From contig CAVVMW010000023.1 in assembly GCA_963749495.1 (NCBI GenBank), positions 448,001-512,000 on the forward strand: a stretch of 64,000 nucleotides of DNA. Reading direction: 5' to 3'. The stretch's first letter is position 1. Each line of letters begins with the position of its first letter. This stretch comes from an uncultured bacterium. GTDB taxonomy: Bacteria > Verrucomicrobiota > Verrucomicrobiia > Limisphaerales > UBA8199. A program made the translations under genes and the position numbers. Shown here piece after piece: positions 1 to 11,937 of this stretch. Below the pieces are notes generated by a model. The model saw only the letters and a list, made by a program, of their open reading frames with translations. It was not told the origin of the DNA and did no database searches.

Positions 1-122
1 AAAGGCGCATCCCACGAACACCTGAAGTGCGGGGGCGGCGAGACTAATGGGACGAGGGGCACCAGGGGGGCCGCGATGCCGTTTCCCGTGGACTCGGCAA
101 AGGCTTGGTGTAAACTCTTGCC

Positions 123-419
123 GTGGCCAACAAGCCTCGGTTCCATTGTGACGCGCGCGCCAGCTTTGCGATCGCCTTCCGCAACTGGCGGCGGAACAAC
201 AAGGTTACGCTTAAGGCGATCGCCAAGGATTTGGGCGTTTCCATTTCCACGGTCAGCTCGTGGGAGTCAGGTGAACGGTTTCCCGGGGGTTATAATTTCG
301 AGATGCTTGTGGAATATACCGGCCTGCCCCCCTGCAAGCTGTTCTGCGTCATGGCCGACAAGTGTGTCCCCGCCGACTGCTTGCTGGCGATGAGCCGAAT
401 ATCATCCAAGCGTGCTTGA
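123..419 (+). CDS. XRE/Cro-CI family helix-turn-helix transcriptional regulator
   Basis: 98-aa ORF with HTH_3-like pattern 'RNWRRNNKVTLKAIAKDLGVSISTVSSWESGERFP'; start uncertain. Confidence 0.7.
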   Translation: MANKPRFHCDARASFAIAFRNWRRNNKVTLKAIAKDLGVSISTVSSWESGERFPGGYNFEMLVEYTGLPPCKLFCVMADKCVPADCLLAMSRISSKRA

Positions 420-502
420 AAACAGGGTGGCCCAGGCGTCCTGCCTGCACCGCTCGCCCACTTGCGCAGACACCGGCGCGCCCTCCCTGCCGTTTCCACT
501 TT

Positions 503-1357
503 AAAGATTTCATCAAAGCGACCCTTGCGGAGCATTTCAGGCGGCAGTTGGGATACGTCATTGGCAGTAGCGACCACGAACACAGGGGCCTTTTTCTCCT
601 GCATCCACGAAATGAAGCTGCCGAAGACCCTGCTTGAAGTGCCGCCATCCGTTGCGTTCGAGCTTTTGGTGCCGCTGAATCCCTTCTCTATTTCGTCGAT
701 CCAGAGACAGCAGGGAGCAATGGCCTCGGCAGTTTGAATGACGGCCCGCAGGTTCGATTCTGACTGCCCCACCAAACCAGCGAAGATCCGGCCTGCATCG
801 AGTTTCAGCAAGGGTACACCAAACACCTTTGCTGTGGCTTTGGCAGTTAAACTTTTGCCGGTTCCAGGAATTCCAATTATCAGGAGTCCTTTTGGAGTTG
901 GCAGTCCGTATTCGATCGCTCTCTGGCTGAATGCATTACGGCGTTTCAGCAGCCATTCCTTCAACACGTCCAGGCCGCCAATGGATTCCAGGCTTTCTTT
1001 GGTCTCGATGATCTCCAGAATGCCGTTTTTCTTCACTGCCTGGGCTTTCTCTCTGGTCACAATTGCAGGGTCGATGTTTTTGTTTTCCACGACGGACAGA
1101 GCAAAAGCATTCTCAGCTTCAATGGTGGTCAATCCGGAGGCAGCATCGATCACCTTGTCCCTTTGTTCTGTCTCCATGCTCTTTGTGGTCCCTTTTGAAG
1201 TATCCACCAAGCCGTCAACCGCACTCCAGAGGACCAGGTTGTACTTGAGGTCCTGGGCGATGGTCTTCATTTCTGCGTTGACCCTTTGTTCTTCTGGAGA
1301 GACGAGGTAAAGGCCAGGATAACCAGATCTGATGTAGTTGATGATTTTGGATTTCAC
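503..1357 (-). pseudogene. Ycf46-like AAA+ ATPase, internally deleted and C-terminally truncated
   Basis: Walker A GIPGTGKS, Walker B LWIDEIEK and SRH 'ATANDV...LRKGRFDEIF'. The N-terminal domain is unusually short (jump near 1180, 'SKGTT|KSMETEQ'). Similarity stops right after RFDEIF and the ORF runs on to 290 in unrelated sequence. Confidence 0.75.
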
Positions 1358-1850
1358 TTTGTATTAGTCCTTTCGGTTGATGATGGTTTGATGTTGTGGA
1401 TAGACTTATGGCCGCCGACCTACACTATTCCGCTCCATGGGTGTGTGCAGGCTCGAGGCCAGTGGTTTGAACGCCGATGGAAGCCGACCATTTTCGTATC
1501 TATCTGCGCAACGCAGTACTGGATTGGGCAGACTTTGGCTCTCGGACATGGGTCGAGGTGGTGGCTGGGCGCTCGATTGTTCTTGATTTTGTGTCGCGCA
1601 AAACCTCTAATCGGCCAAGCAGCAGACTTTATGAATGGGCCCCGCAGGAAATCGGCCCCGGCAAAAAGGTTTGGACCTGGCAGGAGGTCCACCGGTAGTC
1701 CACCGTTTACGCTCATCGAACTTCTTGTGGTCATCGTGCGCAAGGAGCCGCGCTTCGATGTGCTGCCGAAAAGAGCGGGCCTCGGTAAATGATCTTCACA
1801 TTCCAACAGTCCATGAAAGTGTTGCTCGTGGTGGGTCGGAGGCTTTGTCA

Positions 1851-4341
1851 ATGATCGGCAAGTCCTTCGAACACTATGAAATTGTCGGCTACCTTGGCTC
1901 AGGTGGTATGGGCGAGGTCTTCCGCGCACGAGACACCCGGCTGGGTCGTGACGTGGCGGTGAAGACGCTGCCGAAGGAGTTCGCATCGGACACTGACCGA
2001 CTGAGGAGGTTCGAACAAGAGGCCAAGACTCTCGCGACGCTGAATCACCCCAATATTCTGACCGTGTTCGACGTGGGCCAGTACGAGGGGCAACCGTATC
2101 TCGTCAGTGAATTGCTCGAAGGACGCACTTTGCGAGAAGAATTGACTGGCGATGCCCTGCCGGCGCGCAGAGCGACAGAATACGCCCTCCAGATCGCCCA
2201 CGGATTGGCTGCTGCTCACAACAGGAACGTCATCCATCGCGACCTCAAGCCGGAGAACCTGTTCGTCACCAAAGACGGCCGGGTGAAGATCCTGGATTTC
2301 GGTTTGGCGAAGCTCCGTGAAATCGATCCGAGATCGGGCACCCAGACACAGACCTCGGCTGTCGATGCCGATGCATCGACACGAGTGGAACAAGCCGTTG
2401 AATCCACCGAACCGGGCCGGGTCATGGGCACGCCCAATTACATGGCGCCTGAGCAAATCAGGGGCGAACACGTGGATCACCGGGCGGACCTCTTCGCTTT
2501 CGGTTGCGTGCTGTACGAGATGCTGAGTGGCCGGCGCCCATTTAAGCGGGACACATCCATCGCCACAATGTCGGCGATCATGAAGGACGAGCCGCCCAAT
2601 CTCCTGGACGCCAAGCCTAACCTCCCGCCGTCCCTGACACAGATTGTCCACCGCTGCCTGGAGAAGAACCCCGAGAATCGCTTCCAGTCCGCGAAGGATT
2701 TGGCCTTTGCCCTCGAAACAATAGGATCCGCGAAACCGCCTTCCACACGACTGTCCAGCAAAAGCGGCAATGGACGTGTGCAGGCTCGTTCGGACGCTGT
2801 GCCTGCACCTAGCTTTCCTACCGCGAGGGCTCTACGGTGGGCGTTGGTGCTCGCTCTGGGTGGCATAGGAATTTGGCTTTATTACTTCAGCGGACGCTTG
2901 GCGAAATTGGAAACGATGCCACGGACCAGTGCATCTTCTCCTCTTGTCGACACCGTGGAGCTCAAGTCCGTAGCGGTGCTGCCGTTTGTGAACATGAGTT
3001 CCGACAAGGAGAACGAGTATTTAAGCGACGGGATCACCGAAGAAGCTATGCACAGCGTTGACGCAGGTTCGGGGATTGCGCGTGCCGGCTCGGACTTCCT
3101 GCTTCGTCTTTAAGGGCAAGACCGACGATATTCGGAAGATTGGCCAGCAACTCAATGTTGCCACAGTCCTGGAAGGGAGCGTGAGCCAATCGGGCAATAA
3201 ACTCCGCATCACCGCGCAGCTTATCAGTGTCGCGGATGGCTTCCATCTCTGGGCCACCAATTATGACCGTGAGATGATGGACATTCTCGTGATTCGGAGT
3301 GACATCGCCCAAGAGGTCGTGGCCGCCTTGCGAGTCCAGCTTGGCGTCGAGGAAACTCAACGCATCGTAAAGAAACCGACGGAGAATCTTGAAGCCTACA
3401 ATTGTTACTTGCAGGGCCGGTTCTGGTGGAACAAGCGAACGCTGGAGGGCTTGAACAAAGCCATCCGCCAGTTTCAGGAGGCCATCGTCCTGGACCCTCA
3501 TTACGCGATCGCGTATGCGGGTTTGGCCGACGCTCATGCGTTGCTCACCTATTACGGCCCGGTGGCGCCGAAGGACTGCTTCCCGCAAGCCAAAGCGGCT
3601 GCGGCAAAGGCAGTGGAGCTGGATGATCAACTGTCGGAGGGGCACGTTTCCTTGGCGTTCGTCAGATTCATGTGGGACTGGGATTGGCCGGCTGCCGAGA
3701 ACGAATTCAGGCGGGCTATTGAACTGAATCCGAACAACGGCACCGCGCATCATTGGTACAGCCTGTACTTGCGGGTCCTCAGGCGATTTGATGACGCCGT
3801 TATGGAGTTGAGAAAGGCTCAGTCGGTCGACCCTCTGTCGTTGATCATCGGTGCAGAGCTGGGTTCAGCCCTTACGCTGGCACAACAATATGACTTAGCC
3901 TTTGCGGAGTTTCAGAAGAACCTCGAGCGGGATCCTGGCTTTCACTTTACTTACTTTGAGCTCAGCTGCACTTACCGGAAATGCGCGAAGTACCCGGAAG
4001 CCATCGCCGCGGCTAAGAAGGCGTGTGAACTGGCTCCAGAGGCCCCCTTCAACTCCGTGGCCCTGGCTGTAGCTTACGCCGCGGCCGGTCAGAAAGCGGA
4101 AACAAAACAGGTCCTGGACAAGCTGCTCGATCAGAGCCGACACGCCTACTTCCCGGCGCTTCGAATTGCCTACTTATATGTCGCCCTTGGCGACAAGGAA
4201 CAGGCGTTGCTTTGGTTGGAAAAGGCCTATGACGAGCGCGCGTATCTCCTCGGCTATGTCAACGCCGAACCCATGTTCGACCGGCTGCGCTCGGAGCCCC
4301 GGTTTATTGCATTGCTCAGAAAAATGGGGCTGCAGGAATGA
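1851..4341 (+). CDS. Ser/Thr protein kinase fused to TolB-like/adenylate-cyclase-associated domain and TPR repeats (one frameshift near 3043)
   Basis: Hanks motifs [31 protein letters not shown]; a TM helix; '[11 protein letters not shown]...YLSDGITEE'. Removing one base at gaagaag (~3043) gives [17 protein letters not shown] and joins ORF 3058..4341. Confidence 0.85.
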
Positions 4342-4600
4342 GCAACCGCACTGAACAACGCAAGCGCGCGGCGCTGGCGGAAAAAGCGGACTTGGTTTGG
4401 ACATCAACTAAGCAGACTTGACTCGATGGAGCTCCTGCCGCTCCCGACGGATAAAACAACTGTTCACCGTCACGCGCCCAGAGAGGCTCGCGGCCTTTCT
4501 CACTGGATAACGAAATAATCGTCTTCCAGTCGGAAGAACCACGCGGGAGTCCGGGTGGCCGGTGTGGTGTTGGAGGCCAATCGTCGTGATCAACGACGGT

Positions 4601-6466
4601 TCAATCCTTGCCGGCGTCAAAGCACTGCTGGCAAATCTCAGCGCCGCCAAGACAGAGAGAACGCCAGTCCGGATCACCGGGACAACCAACTCTGATGAAA
4701 ACCAGCAGATGACACAAACCAGCGGCCCTTTTGTCCGAAAAAGGAGAACCACAAAGCCTCCGCGCGAATTGGCTGAGCGCCTCGTCGAGTTGTTTGGCTT
4801 GCAAGGAAGTGACTCCCAGTTGTGGATATGGCTCAGGCCGATTCAGCAACGAGAGGGCCCTGCTGGAGATTTGATACGCTGAACTGTACGCCTCCGTAGG
4901 CGAGTAGATGTGTTTTTCCGTGCCGCGATAGATTTGCAACGTCAAAAACCCCGAACTGATCTCGACCCCACCGTCCGCCAGATCTGTCAATTTGGGCGTG
5001 AAGTCAATCGGCGGGTCCGTTCGGAGAAAGGGAACAGGTGGTTTTTTGGGATGAGGCGGCAAAGCTGGAATGGGTCCGGCAAGCGGTTTGAGCCGCTCCA
5101 GGGTCCGGAGGTTCCTTGCCCAAGCCGCGGACGTCCCGTTGGAATTGGGATCATACTCATAATAGGCGGGTGGCGCATTACGGCACGCGGCGACCGCATT
5201 GAGAATCCACCAGTTCCGTCCGCTCCACGCCGCCTCGAAATCCAGACAGCTCAAGAGGGTCGGAATGGCTTGATCTCCCGCATACATTCGCACCAGCCGG
5301 AGCGAATCGACCCACTCGGGGCATTCGGGGGTTTGCTCGCGGCTCATCAGCATTGGCAACAGCCAATGGGGGGACATCGGCTGATGCAGCTTCTCGGCCA
5401 ACGCAAGAACAACCTCGTAGCGTAACCCGAGGTCGCTTGCATTGACGCGCGGTTTGAGCACGGCAATGGCACCTGGCCCACCATAAATTGCCAGCGCATT
5501 GACTGCGGCACGTTGCAAGTCCACCGTGCCGCTCTCAAGCACGTTCGTCAAAACCGGCAATGCGCGTTCGGACTTGCAGGTGCCCAGGGCCCGCAGCAGG
5601 GCCTTCGCTACCGGAGACTGTTGCCCAGGCAAGGCCATGATCAAAGCGTCAACCGCTCGGGGCATTTGGATGACTCCAAGGGCGCCAACCGCCGCAATCC
5701 GAATGGCCGTGTCAGGATCGTTCATTCCCTTCAACAGGATTTCCAGAGATTCGTCCGCTGGAATCAAGGAAAGCGCGCCGAGAGAGGCCACCCGCTGTTC
5801 CGTGGTCCCATGGGTCGCGAACTGGCCCAGGGGCGGAACGGCATCTTCGCCTCCGAAGCGAGCGACCAGACCAAGGATTTCAGCCAGTTCCTTGCCGCGA
5901 GACGCCTGGACCTTTGCCACCAATTCATCGAGAACCTGCAGCACACGTTCGGGTGTGCGCTCCAGTATCGAAAGTTGGAAACTGGCGCTTACCACGGGAT
6001 TGGTCTGGTCCTTCTTGGCGGTCCACCGACTATCGAAGGCGAAACTGCACTTCACGGAGTACTCGCCAGGTTTCTCAATGGTGCGGAAGTCCAGGAGGTT
6101 GATGATGTTTGAGAAGCTCTGGCCTGGCGTGAGCCTCACCTGGCGGGCCATGCCACCCAACTCAAACTGGGTGGCCCGGGGATCGGGAAGCACGTTGCCG
6201 TCTGCACCCATAACGGTGATTTTGAACCTGTCGTGGCGGCCAGTTGGCTGCCAGTCTCCTCCAAAAACGAAGGCGAAATGTCCCGGCCCCAAATTCTCAA
6301 CCCTGAACGTGAGTTGCAGCGGTTCGCCCAGGACGAGTTGCGCCTTGTAGGGAACAAACCCAGCGCGCAGCGTGGTGTTCGAGGTGGCGTAATCCTGCAA
6401 ATAGAACTGCGGGTCGCTGGCCTTCGATGGTGTCGCGGTGACGATGAAGATCGCAGCAGACTGCAA
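4601..6466 (-). CDS. HEAT/PBS-lyase-like repeat protein with N-terminal Ig-like region, probably secreted
   Basis: Tandem helical repeats such as 'DPDTAIRIAAVGALG', 'LQRAAVNALAIYG', 'LRYEVVLALA'. The true start may be an ATG at 6485-6497 in another frame. Confidence 0.65.
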   Translation of the reverse strand: MQSAAIFIVTATPSKASDPQFYLQDYATSNTTLRAGFVPYKAQLVLGEPLQLTFRVENLGPGHFAFVFGGDWQPTGRHDRFKITVMGADGNVLPDPRATQFELGGMARQVRLTPGQSFSNIINLLDFRTIEKPGEYSVKCSFAFDSRWTAKKDQTNPVVSASFQLSILERTPERVLQVLDELVAKVQASRGKELAEILGLVARFGGEDAVPPLGQFATHGTTEQRVASLGALSLIPADESLEILLKGMNDPDTAIRIAAVGALGVIQMPRAVDALIMALPGQQSPVAKALLRALGTCKSERALPVLTNVLESGTVDLQRAAVNALAIYGGPGAIAVLKPRVNASDLGLRYEVVLALAEKLHQPMSPHWLLPMLMSREQTPECPEWVDSLRLVRMYAGDQAIPTLLSCLDFEAAWSGRNWWILNAVAACRNAPPAYYEYDPNSNGTSAAWARNLRTLERLKPLAGPIPALPPHPKKPPVPFLRTDPPIDFTPKLTDLADGGVEISSGFLTLQIYRGTEKHIYSPTEAYSSAYQISSRALSLLNRPEPYPQLGVTSLQAKQLDEALSQFARRLCGSPFSDKRAAGLCHLLVFIRVGCPGDPDWRSLCLGGAEICQQCFDAGKD

Positions 6467-7157
6467 GCCAAGGGTTTCTAGGCATCACCATCTTCATTTC
6501 TGGTTTGACGGCATTCTGCTGTCTTCCGTTCAACTCCTCCTCAAGCACAGTGTCCAACCTCCCTGAGCAGTACCCTTCCGTGATGAAGTGAAACGGGGCA
6601 TCCAGATCCACTGGGCCAACAGGAGATTCTGAAAGCACTTCAGCCTGAAATCGAGGCCGGCAATTATATAAATGGGCCCCCTGGCACTACGCCTTCTCCG
6701 CCTTCGGCAGCCTTCTCTTGGCCAGCGTGTGACCCTCAGCACCAAATGAGCAGCAGGAAGAAGCAACACCCCCAACAACGCCGCGGCCAACCCGAAAGCT
6801 GCGGCCTTCTTGTCTTTGTCCCTCATGAGCCCGATGGAGGCTGAGCAACAGACCAGCCGGCATCCCCATGAATATGGCCAGCTCGCCAAGGGCTGTAATG
6901 GGCGAACCTCAGCCAGGATGAAAGAGCAGCATGGCGCCGAAGGCGGCTAACGAGGCGAGCGAAAAGGCAAGACCAATCCGCCCCAACACCCTCTTCGGCG
7001 TGGTCGAAGTCCAGCATTGACCGGCGGTGCATTCTCTGGTTCAGGCATAAGACCCGAGGATCTTGTATTGACCTGGAAGACACTGCGCCCGATCAGGTGT
7101 CGAGTCAATGCAAAAATGCTCCGGCAAATCGGATGGGAGGAGGACGACACAAAACGC

Positions 7158-7340
7158 TCACCCCTCCCCCAGCACCTCCAGGCTCAAAACCTCCCCCGGT
7201 TCGCATTCGGCAAGGACCTCGAACGGACGGCAGCACACCTCGCAATCGGTCGTAAACCGCTGCGTTCGGGTGCTCGTGTCAATCACCAGGTCGAAGCTCT
7301 GGCCGCAATACGGGCACTGAATGGTTTGGCTGACTTCCAT
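7158..7340 (-). CDS. CPXCG-motif small cysteine-rich protein
   Basis: 60 aa with CPYCG and 'DCEVCCRP', the typical pattern of this family. Confidence 0.8.
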   Translation of the reverse strand: MEVSQTIQCPYCGQSFDLVIDTSTRTQRFTTDCEVCCRPFEVLAECEPGEVLSLEVLGEG

Positions 7341-7385
7341 ATTTAACTGTCGGGAGGAAGATTCGCCCAGCCTTGAAGCAATTCA

Positions 7386-9064
7386 GACTGGTCAGCAGAA
7401 TGTATGGGTAAGTCGAGGCTCGGGTAAGCGGCCAAGGCAATGATACAGGGCCAATTCCATGGCTGGATAGGTGCGGAAGCCGTAAGATCGTCTGGTTACC
7501 ACTCGAATCTTGTTGTTCAGGCCCTCGACGGCGGCGCTGGAGAGCTCACCTTTGGCCTCGAACCAATTCAAGATCAACGGCTCATGGGCGCGCAGCATCC
7601 GGGCCACCTTCTTCATTGGTTCGAGCCGGCTGCGCATGGCTCGAGCGCACCAATAACCCAGATAGGCCACCACATAGATCGGAGAACGGTAGTGCCAAAG
7701 GTAGTCGAAGCTCTCCTTGAGGTTCCAGGCCCGTGCCGTCGCCAGCTTGCTGGCCAACAGGGCGTTGAGCTTGGAGCGGGCACGGCCCCGCACCCGGCTG
7801 CCCCGGCGCAACAACTGCCAGCGCATGCCCTTGAGCCGCTGAGCCAGGGGCCGGCCGTGCAAGCGCGACTGCTCGCCCCGGCGCACCTCGTCCACCGCCT
7901 CGTTGAGGTGCCCCACGATATGAAAGCGGTCCAGCACGTTGAGCGCCTGCGGTATCTTGGCCGCGATCACCTTCAGGTAGGGCTTCCACATGTCGCTGCA
8001 CACATACTTCAGAGCGCTGACCACCGGGGCTCCCAATTCTGCCAAGCCCCGCCGCAACGTGGCTTGAGTGCGCCGCCGACCCAGCCACAGCAAGCGCCGA
8101 CAGTGGGGGTCAATCTGGTAAATCACCGTCAGGAAGTTGTCGGCCTTCTGGCCCTTGCCCCAATGGATCTCGTCCACTCCGATGGCCTCCACACCCTCCA
8201 GGCGCCGGTGCTCCAAACCCCATTGGACGAACCACTGCACCGAACGGTAGACGGCCTCCCAACTGGTGTGGAAGGCCTGGGCGGTTTCCTTCCAGGACAG
8301 CCGCCGGGCCCACCGGGCCAAGAGGCCCATCATCGCCGTCGTCACCGGCCGCTTGCCCTGGCTCCAGGGGATATGCTCGACGACCACCCCGTCCTGCGGA
8401 CAATTGACCCGCCGCGGGGGGTAGAGGAAATAGGTCTTGACGCCCCACATCGGCGGAAACAGCCAGGACCGCTGGGGCAACTGATCATAGCCGGGGACTG
8501 GCTGCAGGCACCGGGAGCACTTGGCGGGAATGCCGCCATGGGGTTGGAGGGTGATCTCGAGCCGCCGGCCACGGCCTCGGCGGTCCCGGCACAAGCGGAT
8601 GTCCTGGTAAACGAAGCCCACAAAGTGTTGAATGTCGTTGAGAACCGTCTTAACCTTCAATTGCATAGCTGGTCTGCCGCTCGGTGGCGGGCGTGCTTTT
8701 CACATCTCGCAGGCTACCGCAAGCCAGGCAGATCAGCTATCGCTTTGTGGCGCTGGGCAGCCCTCCGAGCCAAGCACACCTTCACCAGCAATTCCTTAGC
8801 GGCGCATCATGGCGGAGGGCGGGGCTGTCAAGGTGGAGCGCAGCAGGGCACGAGGGCACGTGGCGAGCAATACCTTGACAGCCCCGCCCGGAGCCATACC
8901 CTGGCCGCGCCGGAATTGCTTGAAGTCCTTCTCCGGCCGTTAGGCCGCTCGATTCGTCGCGGAGCGTGCCGCGGGATGTTCCACGACCGCCCAACTCACC
9001 AACGTCAACCCTCCGAACTGAACACGTGTCCAGATGTTTCACCCACAAATTGTGCGGGGGACCC
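7386..9064 (-). mobile_element. ISL3-family insertion sequence, copy 1 (1679 bp)
   Basis: Ends defined by identity with copy 2; 8-bp direct repeat GCAATTCA at 7378-7385 and 9065-9072; imperfect ~24-bp terminal inverted repeats. Confidence 0.95.
7392..8666 (-). CDS. ISL3-family transposase
   Basis: 424 aa; Cys/zinc-finger N-terminus, 'IGVDEIHW', 'CSDMWKPY', 'LDRFHIV', 'SSAAVEGLNNKIRVVTRRSYGFR'. Confidence 0.95.
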   Translation of the reverse strand: MQLKVKTVLNDIQHFVGFVYQDIRLCRDRRGRGRRLEITLQPHGGIPAKCSRCLQPVPGYDQLPQRSWLFPPMWGVKTYFLYPPRRVNCPQDGVVVEHIPWSQGKRPVTTAMMGLLARWARRLSWKETAQAFHTSWEAVYRSVQWFVQWGLEHRRLEGVEAIGVDEIHWGKGQKADNFLTVIYQIDPHCRRLLWLGRRRTQATLRRGLAELGAPVVSALKYVCSDMWKPYLKVIAAKIPQALNVLDRFHIVGHLNEAVDEVRRGEQSRLHGRPLAQRLKGMRWQLLRRGSRVRGRARSKLNALLASKLATARAWNLKESFDYLWHYRSPIYVVAYLGYWCARAMRSRLEPMKKVARMLRAHEPLILNWFEAKGELSSAAVEGLNNKIRVVTRRSYGFRTYPAMELALYHCLGRLPEPRLTHTFC

Positions 9065-9186
9065 GCAATTCAAGCGGCCCCTTCAGATGAAACCGGCGAA
9101 ACTTGCAGGTTGACATCATCTGGCGCTATGGGAGGCTGCGGAACTGATGAGTGCGGGCCAAGTACCGCCCGGAATGCCGTAAAACG

Positions 9187-9640
9187 ATGAGAAAATTCGC
9201 CCTGACAAAATCGAGACGCAGATTCGTGTCCCTCGCCCTATCCTTGCTTGGATGCGCCATTTTGACCGTCAATGTTCTGGGACGAGGCGGGTCCGGGAAC
9301 GAAAACACCACTTCAGCCATTGCGAAGGAACTCGGCGCCCTGTGCTGTCCTGTCGGTCCGGCTTGGGCCAATGTCCTGAAAGAGCGACCCGACGTTCGAA
9401 CTCTACCAAAGCGACGGGAGCCACCCCAGCCCTGTGGGCAGCTACCTCGGGGCATGTGTTTTCTACGCCATGCTCTACCGCAAGAGTCCGGTTGGCTTGC
9501 CGGGCAACGTGATCGCCAAATACGACGCGGCCCGGGTCATAACGCTCGTAGATTTGAGTGAAAGGGACGCCCGGCTGTTTCAGCAAACAGCAGCCGAAAC
9601 GCTCAACGAATGGAAGGGAGGAGTGACTTCCCCTCCTTGA
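9187..9640 (+). pseudogene. SGNH/GDSL hydrolase-like remnant
   Basis: A signal-peptide-like start joins directly to the C-terminal block 'PVGPAW...(LYQSDGSHPS)PVGSYLGACVFY'. Most of the domain is absent and there is a one-base frameshift near 9400. Confidence 0.55.
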
Positions 9641-9989
9641 TTTCGGTCATTTGATCTCGCAGGTTTCATGGTTTGACTGACGCGGGAAGACCAGGGCCTT
9701 CGCGCTAATCTTCCGGCGTCGAAGTGGCTTTGATGGCCTTGGGGTTTGAGATTATCTGCGCCCCACCCATCATCCCCTCATAATTGGCCAGCGCGCGGTT
9801 GATGTCGTAGCAAAGATCGGTGGCGATTGTTTCTTTGCTTCCAGGCCGAAATCAACGGGCGGCCTGGATTTGAACGGGGAAGGTGATGGTGTTCCTGTTC
9901 ATTCCAGGTCATCGCCATCCACCGTCCGCTTGAAGAACGAGGGATCGCCGATGTTGACATCCTCGGAAATCACCTTACACTGCCTTTTC

Positions 9990-10832
9990 ATGCCACACAT
10001 TGGGCTTAACGGTGCATCGATCTATTACCAACTTCGTGGAGAAGGCGCGGAGACGATTGTTTTTGCACATGGCCTGCTCCTTAGCGAACGGATTTTTACG
10101 GACCAAGTGGCAGCTTTGCAACAGCAGTATCGGTGCGTGACTTTTGATTTCAGAGGACATGGCCAGAGCTCGGCCGCTCGCTCAGGCTACGACATGGAAA
10201 CGCTCTACGCCGACACCGTAGGAGTCATTCAAGAACTCAGAGCATCTCCGTGTCATTTTGTGGGATTGTCGCTGGGGGGCATCATCGGCCTTCACATCGC
10301 CCTCCGCCGGCCGGAGCTATTGAGATCATTGGCCCTTTTCTCCACGACAGCGGATGCCGAAACGAGCCACAACAAGAAGCTCTACCGGTTCCTGGCACTC
10401 GTTGCTCTGTTGTTCGGATCGCGCCTGGTTGCAAACCGGGCGATGCCAGTGATGTTTGGTCGGACCTTTCTAAATGACCCTGCGCGTGGTGATCTGAAGC
10501 GGCAATGGCGGCAACATCTAATTGCCAACCGTCGCCTCAGAGTTGTCCGCGCAGTCAATGCTCTAATAGGCCGAGAACCCATCTGCGAGCAGATCAACCG
10601 GATCACGACACCGACTTTGATTGCGGTGGGTGAAGAAGACCCTGCTGCCACAAAAGGCGAGGCAAACCGGATTCACTCTCAAATCAAGGGGTCGGTGCTC
10701 GTCCGTATCCCCCAAGCCGGCCATGTGATCACTGTTGAAGTTCCCGAAACCGTCAACAGGCTGCTAGAGGGTTTTTTCTCAAAAGGCTGTTTAGGATCGG
10801 TTGGAAATGGAAGACAGGCGATGGGGACCTAA
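9990..10832 (+). CDS. Alpha/beta-fold hydrolase (3-oxoadipate enol-lactonase-like)
   Basis: 'VFAHGLL', 'DFRGHGQS', nucleophile elbow GLSLGG, 'VGEED', 'AGH'. Confidence 0.85.
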   Translation: MPHIGLNGASIYYQLRGEGAETIVFAHGLLLSERIFTDQVAALQQQYRCVTFDFRGHGQSSAARSGYDMETLYADTVGVIQELRASPCHFVGLSLGGIIGLHIALRRPELLRSLALFSTTADAETSHNKKLYRFLALVALLFGSRLVANRAMPVMFGRTFLNDPARGDLKRQWRQHLIANRRLRVVRAVNALIGREPICEQINRITTPTLIAVGEEDPAATKGEANRIHSQIKGSVLVRIPQAGHVITVEVPETVNRLLEGFFSKGCLGSVGNGRQAMGT

Positions 10833-11525
10833 TGGTTCACGAACGCATGACAAGGCGCGTTCGAGTTTTTGGTCGGTTGTCATCGTTGTTTTCGTCTTGA
10901 GAAGCAGGGGCAGGCTTTATGGGCCCACCCCTGCATTGTTGATTTCGGTCTCGGTTTACTGCACTTCCACTGTGACCTTCAGCTTTGTGGCATCTCCGGC
11001 GAACCATTTCTGGACGTAGAGGCTGCCGATGATGGGAGCTTCGCCTTGGGTCTGGACCTCGGCGAACTTCACTGTGTTTTTGGTGTCTTTCTCCTTTTGG
11101 AACTCCACGGTTTTCGTTTTCTTTTGCATGGTCTGATTATGGTTGATGGTTGAGTTTGATGCAAGTGAACTCCTGACGGGAGAATTGAGGCGGTGCTGCT
11201 GCTTTCATTTTCCTCTTCGGCAATGTCTTCCGGCTGCAGCATGAGGAAGGGCAGATACGGTTCAGGTGTGTTGGCCCAGATTTCATAGCCGTTTCGGTTG
11301 TACTCGCCCTGGACAATCGGCCGTTGGGTTCGGGCTGGTCTCATGTTGCGGGCACCTCCCCTCCAACGTGCCCAATGAGCCTGGCGAGCTTCTCATATCC
11401 AGGCGGCAGTTTGTCTTGGCCAGCGGCTTCCAGTTGCTCGAAGTCCGGGTATCGGGAAATGGCCGACTCGACCTCAAGCGGGCTGCCCTCGGTCAGGTCT
11501 TTTAACCTTCCACCGAACGCGGCAA

Positions 11526-11937
11526 TCATTTCATGGCTGCTCGGGTTCCTGGATCTTCGGAGTCGTTGGAGAGGACATCGTGAAACAGGAAGATCTCCTC
11601 GCCAGCTTCCTCGGTAGTACTGGCGACTTCTTCGAGACTGGTCAAACGGGTCCTGCCATTCAACTGCGTAGCGGAGCCGTAAACGTCAGCCATAGAGGAC
11701 CCCGTTGACCTTCTGCCGGACTTCATGTGCTGGATGGTGTAGTAGGCGATGTTTCCTGGGGGTCACCTTTTTCTTGGCCTTGTCGACGTTGTGGAGGAGT
11801 TTGGCTGCCATGGCGATTGAATCCTGCACCAGCTCTTCGGCATCCTCTGAACCGATGAAGGAGACGGTTTGAGGGACGGCGCTTTTGAGACGAGGGACAA
11901 TTTCTTCCTGCAATAACCACGCGGATCTTGGGGACAT
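11526..11937 (-). pseudogene. Sigma-factor-like/phage-type hypothetical protein, frameshifted and truncated
   Basis: ORFs 11686..11979 and 11526..11726 join as 'KKVTPGNIAYYTIQHMKSGRRS' if one base of the G-run near 11758-11762 is removed; 'EDAEELVQDSIAMA' resembles sigma region 2. Confidence 0.45.

Noticed and set aside
7440..9113. 557-aa plus-strand ORF (and its twin 22258..23940)
   Set aside because: Antisense shadow of the GC-rich transposase; no recognisable motifs.
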